A stretch of DNA of 64,000 nucleotides from Somniosus microcephalus. Lineage: Eukaryota. Made by a program: the position numbers and the translations under genes. Of the stretch, positions 39,345 through 49,903 are shown in pieces. The first letter of the stretch is position 1, and every line of letters starts with the position of its first letter. A model generated the notes under the pieces. The model saw only the letters and a list, made by a program, of their open reading frames with translations, was not told where the DNA came from and did no database searches. The stretch spans positions 99,448,001-99,512,000 of the forward strand of contig CM126215.1 in assembly GCA_052327205.1 (NCBI GenBank), given 5' to 3'.

Positions 39345-39440
39345 GTAAGTGAAAATTAGTTTTATTGAACTTAAAAACACTCCATTATTTAAGAAGGGAG
39401 CGAGAGGGAAGCCAGGTCATTGCAGACCCATCCGTTTTGG

Positions 39441-40020
39441 TCGCCTTATCTGAGGAAGGATGTTCTTGCCGTGGAGGGAGTGCAGCGTATCTGAGGAAGG
39501 ATGTTCTTGCCGTGGAGGGAGTGCAGCGAAGATTCACCAGACTGATACCTGGGATGGCAGGAATAATGTATGAAGAGAGATTGGGTCGATTAGGCTTATA
39601 TTCGCTAGAGTTTAGAAGAATGAGAGGGGATCTCATTGAAACTTATAAAATTCTAACAGGACTAGACAGACTAGGTGCAGGAAGGCTGTTCCCGATGGCG
39701 GGGGAGTCCAGAACCAGGGGTCACAGTCTAAGGATAAGGGGTAAGCCATTTAGGACTGAGATGAGGAGGAATTTCTTCACCCAGAGAGTGGTGAACCTGT
39801 GGAATTCTCTACCACAGAAGACAGTTGAGGCCAATTCATTAAATATATTCAAGAAGGAGTTAGATATATTTCTTAAGGCTAAGGGGATTAAGGGATATGG
39901 GGAGAAAGCAGGGACAGGGTACTGAATTTGGATGATCAGCCATGATCGCATCGAATGGCGGAGCAGGCTCGAAGGGCCGAATGGCCTACTCCTGCTCCTA
40001 TCTTCTATGTTTCTATGTTT
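39441..40020 (+). mobile_element. Young CR1 (HER1-like) LINE 3' end in intron 7
   Basis: ORF 39365..39925; flanked by catc[c/a]gttttgg duplication; internal 41-bp tandem duplication. Confidence 0.93.
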
Positions 40021-40295
40021 AACATCAGTTTTGGGAAAGTTGCTGGAATCTTACCAGCAGAGAAAGTGACTGAGCACTTGGAAACATATGGGCTTAGGGA
40101 ATGCTTACATTGCTGTAATTTCGTCACAGTGTTCAGCTCATGATTTATGCTGTCGCACTTCATGATATCGTCTGCTCTCCTTAATACCTTGTCATTTTCC
40201 CAGCTAGCCACTCTCCATGCTAACAATGAATTTGCGTTGTTTCTGATCTGCCTCAATGCCATCCCAAGAACAAGGTTTTTTTCTTTTGCTTTCAG

Positions 40296-40398
40296 CCTTC
40301 TCCATCGCTGGTGAGAATAGCCAGGTCGTCATGATTGCCATATCAGCAGCTGTAGCCATCGTCCTCCTCACAGTGGTGATGTACATCATAATCGGGAG
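40296..40398 (+). CDS. epha3: epha3 exon 8 (transmembrane): SFSIAGENSQVVMIAISAAVAIVLLTVVMYIIIGR
   Basis: gctttcag|CC acceptor, AG|gtcagt donor, 103 nt, hydrophobic helix. Confidence 0.96.
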
Positions 40399-40814
40399 GT
40401 CAGTCCTACGCTGTGGTCTATGTTAAAACTACCATTTCCCATGTAATTTTACTGTGAGAGGCAATTTACCACAGCTTAAATAGTTTTCTTAGAAATTGAA
40501 GGGTCATGATTCTTTGTACAATACCAACAGATTAATTAACCAGAAAAATGTATATACTTTATTTATTGGAATAGTTACATTAGTATTACATTATAATGCC
40601 AAACTCAGTTATTAATATTTATACTATATTAACAAGTTGCCTTGGCGATGAATTCATCTTCAATGTGAACTATAGTGAGTGATTATCAGACTGACTGATC
40701 TTCCAATTCCTATACCCCGATTTTAACTTGGTGCAGGAGTCATGCGGGCAGGAACTGAGGTGGACGGCAAACTGTCTGGACCTTGGGAGCGTGAGGCTCA
40801 GGAGAATTCCGGGA

Positions 40815-41032
40815 GGGATGAATGTTGGCCAGGACACCAGGAGAACTCCCTGCCCTTCTTCAAATAGTACCATGGGATCTTATACCTCCATCTAAACAGA
40901 GCCTTGGTATAACATCTCATACGAAGTATAGAACCTCTGACAATGCATCGCTCCCTCAGTACTGCACTGAAGTGTTAACCTAGATTGTGCACTCAGTTCC
41001 CTGGAGTGGAGCTTGAACCCACAACCTTCTGA
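40815..41032 (-). mobile_element. Deu-domain SINE 5' half
   Basis: ttggccaggacacc..gggatctt..gcttgaacccacaaccttctga. Confidence 0.75.
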
Positions 41033-41275
41033 CCAATAAGCACTACCAACTTAACCACGTTGGCATTGTGAGCCTATAATAAGCTAACTTCCATCCGCCC
41101 CAAACAAAGTCACCCCCATCGGAAGTTTTGTGGCATGGGGGAGGGGACTCCCAGAACTTGTGTTTCCTCGGTCCTGGCCTGGCAAAAACAGCAGTGCCTG
41201 GTGTGCCCAGTGAAAGGAGGTATACCAGCCACTGCAGGGGCACAAATGGGACCCACCTGGGGATCCAAGTCTGGG

Positions 41276-41682
41276 TGTCAGGGTCCCAGCTACACGTTCC
41301 TCTGCTGGCCGCCAGAGGGCGGTTTAGGAGGCCTCAGTACACTGCTGCCATGTCTCTGTACCTCTCTCCTCACCTATGTCTCATTAGAGTAATTGTCGCA
41401 TCAGGGTAATCAGGCCTGTTATTTAAGCTGACTATTTCCAGCCCCAGTCACTCAGTCTTGAGTTCTCATGCCTGCAAGTCACAGGTTAGTTTCTAGTCCT
41501 TGCCCTGCATTTTGTATACTCGCTTTTGTTTCTTTGAATTGTTACTTTGATCTTTTTGTTTGAAGAATTCTCTGTACGTCCTGTATTTGAAGAGCCTTCT
41601 AGTAAAGCATCTTTTGAGTTTTACTCCATCTCAAGTCTCTGGCTGTCTGTCTGCATTTGGGTCCACTACCACACCCGTAACA
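41276..41682 (+). mobile_element. Solo LTR (Gypsy-like, 407 bp)
   Basis: tgtcagggt...acccgtaaca termini, perfect 5-bp TSD CTGGG, TATA-like tatttaag ~41420, AGTAAA ~41601, U5-type tctgcatttgggtcc. Confidence 0.85.
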
Positions 41683-42514
41683 CTGGGTTCTGGGTTATGG
41701 CCTGGATTCCCTAAACAGATGTTTTTCTGCTGTGACTTTTCTCGGCCTCCCTACAAAGGGAGCCAATGGGCAACCTTGTGTAATGTTTCCAGGTATTGTT
41801 CCCAGTACTCCACCAAACCCTGCCACCACCACCCCCACCTCCCCCATGCAGTGGACAGCCTCTGTCACATGTTGTGGCCTTCACTCTCTGGAGGACACCA
41901 TAGCTGAGCTTCCAGTGGTGAGGGCACCCACTGGCAATATTTGAATGAAGTTACCTTTCCCTGACTCCACGTACTCTGATGGGTCAGAAGCAGAGATCAC
42001 CGGTGGGCACATCCAAGCACTTATGCTGGGATGTCGGCCCCATTGATTTTCAGCCCAATATAGCCGCCCAGATGTCTTAAATAAGTGAGCACAGCCAGAG
42101 GGATAAGAAACATTCAATAACATTAAATAAAAGGAGAGTAGAATAAGTAATGCAGTGAAAAGTATAGTATTACTTCCCTACCTTGTCTTAGCTCACTAAT
42201 GAAGTCAAAACATGTTGCCTTAGACCTACAATCAATCACAGTTAGATCTTGTTGCAGATCTATAGATTCATGGTGTAATAATCACCAGAAGTAATGAGAT
42301 AAACCAAGAGGGGAGTTTCAAGAGCAATTGTGAAAGTACTTGGAATTACATTGACATTTCGGAGTATGCTAAGAGCTTTTTTGCATTTCTGTAAAAGGAA
42401 CACTTGTCAATAAAATATTTGACATTTATGGAAGTAAAATAATCTTTCAGTGCAGTGAAATATTGTAATGCTTGAGTATTAAGAGTGTTTGATTATGTTT
42501 TGATTTTTGTGCAG

Positions 42515-42582
42515 ATTCTGTGGGTATAACAAATCAAAGCATATTTCTGATGACAAAAGAATGTATTACCCAAATGGTCACA
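42515..42582 (+). CDS. epha3: epha3 exon 9 (juxtamembrane): FCGYNKSKHISDDKRMYYPNGH
   Basis: tttttgtgcag|A acceptor, A|gtaagt donor, 68 nt; phases fit exons 8 and 10. Confidence 0.92.
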
Positions 42583-42619
42583 GTAAGTATTGAACTGCAA
42601 ACACTTTGCAATTAACGAT

Positions 42620-42830
42620 AAAAAGAATGCTGAAAATACACAGCAGGTCAGGCAGCATCTCATTTATCTCATTGCTGTTTGTGGGATCTTGCTGTGCACA
42701 GATTGGTTGCTGCATTTGCTTACATTGCAACAGTGACAACACTTCAAAAACATTTCGTTGGCTGTGTAGTGTTTTGGGACATCCTGAGGATGTGAAAGGA
42801 GCTATATAAATGAAAGCACTTTTTTTTTCC
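42620..42830 (+). mobile_element. Penelope-like fragment joined to a Deu-SINE 3' end
   Basis: aatgctgaaaatacacagcaggtcaggcagcatct followed by the SINE tail. Confidence 0.65.
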
Positions 42831-43518
42831 TTTTAAAGGAATGCCATACAAACGTGCTAAGCATTCGTCCACTAATATCATGAGTGTACAATACTTCCAT
42901 CACCCACCTTGATTACATTCAGAGTATTTGTTTCAGGGCTCACTCGGAACACCATTTCATTTTATTTTCCGGCAGTGATATAAGGGAGGAATTCCCCACT
43001 GGTGTGCTCAGACAGCTCACTACAGCAGTGTGAGTTTGAACTTTTGGGGGGACTGTTCACACAGGAGCTTCTGCATTATCTTGAAGCAATACTTTCTTCT
43101 GTTGTTTGCAAAAGACTCCTTTAGGATAGACCTTTACTACAGAACTGTTGCAGACAGTAATTAACTGTGCTCAGCTTTGGAATTCAATTGCACCTGCCGA
43201 TGGATTTGGAAGAGGAAGAGGAGTTTAGGCAGAGGGAACAAAGGCAGGTTTGTTGTACCACAGTCAGCTTGGGCCCACTTGGCCTTGGCCCAGGAACCAA
43301 GGGGTTTAACTCAACCTGCCTGACAGAAATAGGGTAGGGTGAGGTCTGGCCCCCGTTTTACATCCTGCCTGATTTTACTTTCCATGGAAGTCAGTAGAGC
43401 GTAAATTTCTTTTGGGGGGGGTGGTGTAAAATGAGCGTCTGACCCGAACCCGCCCTTTTACTGCCGGGTTGGTTAGGTTAAAATCAGGGCTCAAGTCTTC
43501 AGACTTAGATACACCCTC

Positions 43519-43736
43519 AATAGCAAAATACTGCGGATGCTGAAAATCCGAAATAACAACAGAAAACACTGGAAAAACTCAGCAGGCCGGGCAACATCCG
43601 CGGAGAGAGAAACAGAGTTAACGTTTCAGGTCGAAACCTTCTGAAGAAGGGTTTCGACCTGAAACATTAACTCTGTTTCTCTCTCCACAGATGTTGCCTG
43701 GCCTGCTGAGCTTTTCCGGTGTTTTCTGTTGTTATT
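43519..43736. mobile_element. Palindromic Penelope-like element with hammerhead motif, copy 2 (opposite orientation)
   Basis: Inverted arms; 14-bp TSD ttagatac[a/g]ccctc; CTGAAGA-agg..cct-GAAAC. Confidence 0.75.
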
Positions 43737-44110
43737 TTAGATACGCCCTCCCTGTGGATGTCTGAAGATATTTGCCTTTGCTGTATACGCCTTGTGAAGG
43801 AGGCTGTCACAAGAGTTACACCGTGTCTTCAAGCCCAACCTCAAGACAATATCTACCACAACGAAAGCCCTGCCCATTGCTGTGAGGGTAACCACAGCAT
43901 TGAATCTTTATACAACTGAATCATTCCAGGCCACCATTGGCAATACACATTGCATTAGTCAGTCTTCGGTCCACTAATAACGGAAGACTTGTTTATCTGA
44001 GAAACACTCTTATCATTTTCTCCATGGAAAGGAGACAACAGGAAAAGACTGAGCAGTCTTTGCAAAAGTACAGGGCCTCATTAATGGTGCACAGGTAGCC
44101 ATCAACATCG

Positions 44111-44502
44111 AAACATAGAAACATAGAAGATAGGAGCAGGAGTAGGCCATTCGGCTCCTCGAGCCTGCTCCGCCATTCAATGAGATCATGGCTGATCATC
44201 CAAATTCAGTACCCTGTTCCTGCCTTCTCTCCATATCCCTTGATCCCTTTAGCCTTAAGAAATATATCCAACTCCTTCTTGAATATATTTAATGAATTGG
44301 TCTCTACTGCCTTCTTTGGCAGAGAATTCCACAGGTTCACCACTCTCTGGGTGAAGAAATTCCTCCTCATCTCTGTCCTAAATGGCTTACCCTTTATCCT
44401 TAGACTGTGACCCCTGGTTCTGGACTCCCCGACCATCGGGAACATCCTTCCAGCATCTAGTCTGTCTAGTCCTGTTAGAATTGTATAAGTTTCAATGAGA
44501 TC
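44111..44502 (-). mobile_element. Young CR1 (HER1-like) LINE 3' end
   Basis: ORF 44206..44523; near-identical to 4775..5257. Confidence 0.92.
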
Positions 44503-44759
44503 AAGGTCTAGGGTGTATATCAATAGACAAAGCTTTCATTCCATCAGTGTGCAAGTATGTGTTGGACCACAGGAACAGAATAATGCAAATCAATCACAAG
44601 ATAATTATGCATGAGGATAGCTGTTAAGCCTACCTTAGGTCATCCATCCAGAAAAGGTACTCCATTATGGCATCCAGTTGATCATTAAATGATTCCAACA
44701 CCCCAACCACAGCCCTCCCCCCCCCCCCCCCCCCACACTGTCCTCACTACCCGACATGG

Positions 44760-45015
44760 GAGTCCATTCCATGTATTGTGTGAAGTAGAACTTCCTGATA
44801 ATCAGTCCTTGCCTTTAACTACTTTGAACGTGTACCCCATGTCCAACTATTGCAATTTAGTTTAAAGTAATTTTCCAAATTAGCCTTTGCCATACCATTT
44901 ACTATTTTATAGACCTCTATAAAATGATCTCTCTCAGACCCCCTTTCAAAGCAAAAATGCCCAAGTTTCTCCAGTCTTTCCTCATTGTGCTGACCTCTAA
45001 CATTATGGATCAGCA
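44760..45015 (-). mobile_element. Old CR1 LINE fragment
   Basis: EERLEKLGHF..IEVYKIVNG translation. Confidence 0.65.
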
Positions 45016-45020
45016 TACTG

Positions 45021-45400
45021 CCTGGCAGCAGTCACAATGCCTTAATTTTGCAGTTGTCCACCATGCCAGCATTATTTGAAGGAGCAGGCAGACTGGTTGG
45101 TTAGTTGCAATAGAACCAAAACTACCCCCTGGACACCAATGAAAGATTCCCTAAACAGAAATACAGTGAAGCTCATGCCTCCACCCAAATTCTGGTAGAA
45201 CATACAATTGGCCTACTGAAGCAGAGATTCTGCTGTCTGGACAGATCGGGGGCTTACTGCTCTACAGCAGGTGTCAAAAATGATCTAGGTCTGCAGTTCT
45301 TTGATAAATATGCTATTCAGAGAGGGGAACCCTTCAGAACAAAAACCAGGAGAATCAGTCTGAATCCTTGATGGAGGAGGAGGAAGAAGAAATGGGCGAG
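45021..45400 (+). pseudogene. Harbinger (HARBI1-like) DDE transposase relic, C-terminal part
   Basis: PGSSHNALIL..PALFEG and KYSEAHASTQILVEHTIGLLKQRFCCLDRSG, followed by an acidic tail; frameshifted. Confidence 0.8.
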
Positions 45401-46017
45401 GGTGATGTGCAACTAGGAAGACCTTTACATCAATTGAACTTTTATTTAAATCTCTAAATTGGGTCCAACATGAACCATCTTATGATCTTCATCATAATAT
45501 ACAGGCTCCAACAACAACAACAACAACTAAAACGTCCCAAGGTGCTGCACAGGAGTATTTTAAGATGAAAAACATGCCCTGCCTAATCACTACTGCCTGT
45601 GTTACCATACGTGCCTATATCCTAGAGAGGTGATACACTGAGACAAGGTGCTTTTGTAGAGGGAGGGAGGATGAGTGAGTTATCCCAGTCTGCCCTTATA
45701 TATCTTAGATTAGATGGACTGGCTAGAGAGTGATATTGGCAGGGATCCAGTTGCAGCTTGGCAGCCAAGTTCTCACTTGGTAGAGGATGGAGAAAGTGGA
45801 AAAGGGAAAAAAAAAACTGGGAACAACAAATCATTTAAAAAAAATTCAGTAACACCACTGAATCTGAAATGTTTGAGGCAGCTGGATTAATTATCAACAT
45901 CTCTTGTATCTGTTCTCTCCACAGTGATTATCTGTGGAAGTCATAGTGTTGGGAATATTGTTAAGTCGTGTTAATGTCATGGGTGTGTGTGATGTTTCTC
46001 AACTTTTGTGTTAACAG

Positions 46018-46143
46018 TTAAACTTCCAGGTCTACGAACATATGTGGACCCACACACATATGAGGACCCCAGCCAAGCTGTCCATGAGTTTGCCAAGGAG
46101 CTAGATTCTTCCTCCATATCTATTGATAAAGTTGTTGGTGCAG
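46018..46143 (+). CDS. epha3: epha3 exon 10: [41 protein letters not shown]
   Basis: ttaacag|TT acceptor, G|gtacta donor, 126 nt; contains both regulatory juxtamembrane tyrosines. Confidence 0.97.
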
Positions 46144-46744
46144 GTACTAAATTCTACATATGATTATTATATGACTGCAGATTACTGATACCAGGTAATT
46201 GAAGGTTACTTCAATACTGTCCAGGCACTGCATTGATCTGCGCACAAAATAGAGGACCTCCATGGACAATGTGAGGTCAGCTCATTTACATCATTCTCTG
46301 GCACTCGGGGCTTATTGCTCCTGAGGCACTTTCAGCACCAAGTCTGGAATTTTGGGTGCCAATGGCCAGTGGATATCTGCCTGCCCATTCTGTGACAGGG
46401 CATGAGGTGAGAGGACACAAGAAATCACGAGGCATAGGGGAAAGATTTGATTTTTAAGGATGACCTCCTTTTCAGTGGTCACTGTTCGGGCATTCCAGCT
46501 GCATTATGGAGTAACCCCTAATTTGAATAGAAGTCGAGGGCCTCATAAAACATGGGCACAGCTTGGGTGCAGGCTCCTTCTGCCATTTACACTGGCTACC
46601 CACACTGGGCCTCAAATGCCACCTTAGGTACTTTGCAGGAGTGCCATCAAGCACCTAACATTGGATTATTGGTCCCATTAAATTTTAAAACTGGATCAAA
46701 ATATCTCTTTCCAAACACAACCATAATTTGAGGAAACATGACGA

Positions 46745-46953
46745 ATTTACCACAGAAGGCAGTTGAGGCCAATTCATTAAATATATTCAAGAAGGAGTTA
46801 GATATATTTCTTAAGGCTAAAGGGATCAAGGGATATGGGGAGAAAGCAGGGACAGGGTACTGAATTTAGATGATCAGCCATGATCTCATTAAATGGCGGA
46901 ACAGGCCTGAGGGGCTGAATGGCCTACTCCTGCTCCTATCTTCTATGTTTCTA
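46745..46953 (+). mobile_element. Young CR1 (HER1-like) LINE 3' end
   Basis: Near-identical to the 3' 210 bp of 39441..40020. Confidence 0.9.
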
Positions 46954-47050
46954 TTTTTGACTTGAGTAATTCTTACATGTGATGCAAAATTGATGGGATG
47001 TAGAGCTGATTTTGAAACTACAGACAGAATCATTGTTTTTTATACTACAG

Positions 47051-47236
47051 GAGAATTTGGAGAAGTGTGCAGTGGACGTCTGAAGCTGCCCTCCAAAAAG
47101 GAGATCTCGGTAGCCATCAAAACCCTCAAAGTTGGTTATACCGAAAAACAAAGGCGGGATTTCCTGAGTGAAGCAAGCATCATGGGACAATTTGACCATC
47201 CAAACATCATTCATCTGGAAGGAGTGGTCACAAAAA
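47051..47236 (+). CDS. epha3: epha3 exon 11 (kinase N-lobe): [26 protein letters not shown]...HLEGVVTK
   Basis: ctacag|GA acceptor, A|gtaagg donor, 186 nt; VAIK lysine present. Confidence 0.97.
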
Positions 47237-47916
47237 GTAAGGGACCTGCCTTAATATAACCAGTGTTTTTATTAATGTTCTCCATATATCCTCCATTGGA
47301 AAGGAAAGTGAGCAAATGAACTTCCCTACAGTTTCTAAAGAAAGTTTGGAATATGGAATGGAGGATGACAGAACTTTTAATATAAACTTGCTGCTTGATG
47401 TGCGATATACAAACCACGATATACTATTAGTACTGTCTACTGATCTGTTTTTACAACTGCCAATGTGATTAGATTTAAAACAAAAGGATGTCCTCCCAGA
47501 CCTCGGAAACTGGTCTCTTGTTCTTCTTCTACAAACTTATCTGGGTTTTTTTTGTCCAAGTGTTACCTCCCCTTCTACATTGTCCTTAGTAGGGTTTTGA
47601 TTTGCGAGTTCATCTTTCCTTAGCTGTTCCATATCCACCGTGTTTGCAAACACAAGACTAGTGTCAACAGGTGAAGACTAGTGTCAACCGGTGAAGCCGG
47701 TGTCAAATCATCGAATTCAATTCAACTAAATTACTATTCTATTCAGCTGGATGTAAGCGATTACTAAACACTTGTATAAAGTGAATTTGCACACATGGAG
47801 AAAAATCCCAAGTGTCAACACAGGGAGCATTACACTTGTGGATTTCAAAATATGTATTTGAAGATTGAGACGGTATTTTGCAGCTCTTTAATACCAAGAT
47901 GACAAAAAAGAAACTT

Positions 47917-48172
47917 GGATCGGATTTTCCTGTTCCAGCTCCTGGGGCTATTGGATCACCTGAGTGCAGCAAATACAGGAAAATCGTTTGGGGAGGAGCA
48001 CGTGCCTTTTAAGGGAGCCTTCCTCATTTTTTCATCCAATTCAATTAATGGTTGGTAAGTAGGGGCAGGTTCTGTTAGGCGCTCACGGCATGTGCTCATT
48101 CCTTCCCGGTTTTTCTATAATCACTGCGCCCAAGCAATTCAACAGTACCAGAAGCAATAGGAAAATCTGCCC
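47917..48172. mobile_element. Old MITE
   Basis: ggattttcct / aggaaaatct inverted ends, degenerate internal symmetry. Confidence 0.45.
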
Positions 48173-48635
48173 TCAGAGTTTAGACATGGAAAAATTTGAA
48201 TCAGTGTGCTTCGTTTGACATAGTCTCCTTCTCCCGCCCACTGCCAAATTCAAGTAAAACCATATCTCAAGTATGGGAGTATTGATCTGTGTTCATCCCT
48301 CAGTATGCTGTGAGGGAGCCACAGGCACTAAGGGATGAGCACAGACCAATACTCCCAGATAGCCAGGGGATGTGAGCCTAGAGCTCTAATGTTGTCATCT
48401 GCTGCCATTCAAAGATAGCAGACCTGCATTCCTTCATTTGTTGCTTTTTTTCTTAAAGACACTTTTTAAGTGAAAAAGACAAAACACACTTGGTGATTAC
48501 TTAGTGTTACTGTTCGAACCACAGTAACAGCCACTCTACCATCAACACAGAGCTTAAGCAGGATAATGCTTTTCAATTCCAGTTTATATCATGTTACGTT
48601 ATGCTTGCGATTGCGACTTTGCTTTCTCTCTTTAG

Positions 48636-48697
48636 GTAAGCCTGTCATGATTGTTACAGAATACATGGAAAACGGTTCCTTGGACAGTTTTCTCAGG
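48636..48697 (+). CDS. epha3: epha3 exon 12: [21 protein letters not shown]
   Basis: ctctctttag|GT acceptor, AGG|gtaagc donor, 62 nt; gatekeeper Thr. Confidence 0.96.
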
Positions 48698-48795
48698 GTA
48701 AGCATTCCGATGATACACCAAGCGCAGCAGTTCAAATAAACATCCCGTTTGTTGGCTTTAGACTGGACACAAAAACTTCATCCATTCTCTTTCAG

Positions 48796-49005
48796 AAACA
48801 TGATGCCCAGTTCACAGTCATCCAGCTGGTCGGCATGCTTCGGGGGATAGCTTCAGGCATGAAATACCTGTCCGACATGGGCTATGTGCATCGGGACCTG
48901 GCTGCTCGCAATATCCTCGTCAACAGCAACTTGGTGTGTAAAGTGTCTGACTTTGGACTCTCCAGGGTCCTTGAAGATGACCCTGAAGCTGCGTACACAA
49001 CACGG
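48796..49005 (+). CDS. epha3: epha3 exon 13: [17 protein letters not shown]...HRDLAARN...[19 protein letters not shown]
   Basis: ctttcag|AAA acceptor, CGG|gtaaga donor, 210 nt; catalytic loop, DFG and activation-loop Tyr present. Confidence 0.98.
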
Positions 49006-49550
49006 GTAAGAAATTGTCCTTCTGCCCAGATTATGCCATCAATCCCGTCTCTTGTTATGTATCAGTATAGTATTCAATATCTGGGATAAATAATCCAAGA
49101 CTTACAGCGGGTCGAAGCTGACGGTTCACTCGAGCGATGTGGCCCTACACGGTTGTGTTTTTGACCTGTGCTGTAAGGTCGTTAGATTACAGGCCAGCCT
49201 TAAAAGCGCAACTGATACTTGAGATCAAGTCCAAAAAAAAGCCCGTCTTCCTTCTGCAATGCCTCTCTCACCTCTAGCCCCAACCCCTCTCCCTGTATAT
49301 TGTAACCTCTCCTGTCCCTTGTACTTTATTGATACCATTAAGGCCAGTGCTTCCTGAGCTTTCTTCTGTGGCTCCTCCTAAGCTGCAAATGCATTACAGT
49401 CTCTTCCTGCTCCCTGCATCACACGGTTCAAATCAAGACTCATTGCACCACCTACTCCTCTCATTTTTTCTCAGAGTGAAAGAAAATGAAAAAAAGGACT
49501 TGCATTTATATAGCGGCTTTAACGACCTCAGGTTGTCCCAAAACAATTTA

Positions 49551-49903
49551 CAGGAAACTTTGTGCTATCCGGCACCGACGGGACCGAGCTGTTGCCGTTC
49601 CCTCAAAACTGCCGGACACACCAGCGCTAATGTTGAAGCATACGGATCTTTTCATCTCCGTATCTGACAACAAACACTGTTGCTTAGCAACAGCTTCTAA
49701 ACAGTCGGCCCGTACCTTGGAAGCATCTCTGTAGCTTAGCAACAGCTTCAGAGAGACTTTCCAGAGCCTGACTGTTGAAAAAAAAGCCACGAGAAGAAAA
49801 AAAAGCCACGAGAAGAAAAAAAACCTAACAAAACGGCTCCTGATATTTGCCGGTGGCTCGAGCTTGCCGGGCACTTAGCCTCCGGATAACACAAAGTTTC
49901 CTG
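49551..49903. mobile_element. TA-inserting MITE, copy 2
   Basis: TIR CAGGAAACTTTGTG / CACAAAGTTTCCTG, TA TSD inside the SINE. Confidence 0.88.

Noticed and set aside
39365-39925. 186-aa ORF as an alternative epha3 terminal exon
   Set aside because: CR1 sequence opened by a chance duplication; exon-7 read-through stops at 39352 before reaching it
47654-47706. 20-bp repeats (aagactagtgtcaacaggtg) as a CRISPR-like array
   Set aside because: Adjacent tandem copies without spacers, in a vertebrate intron
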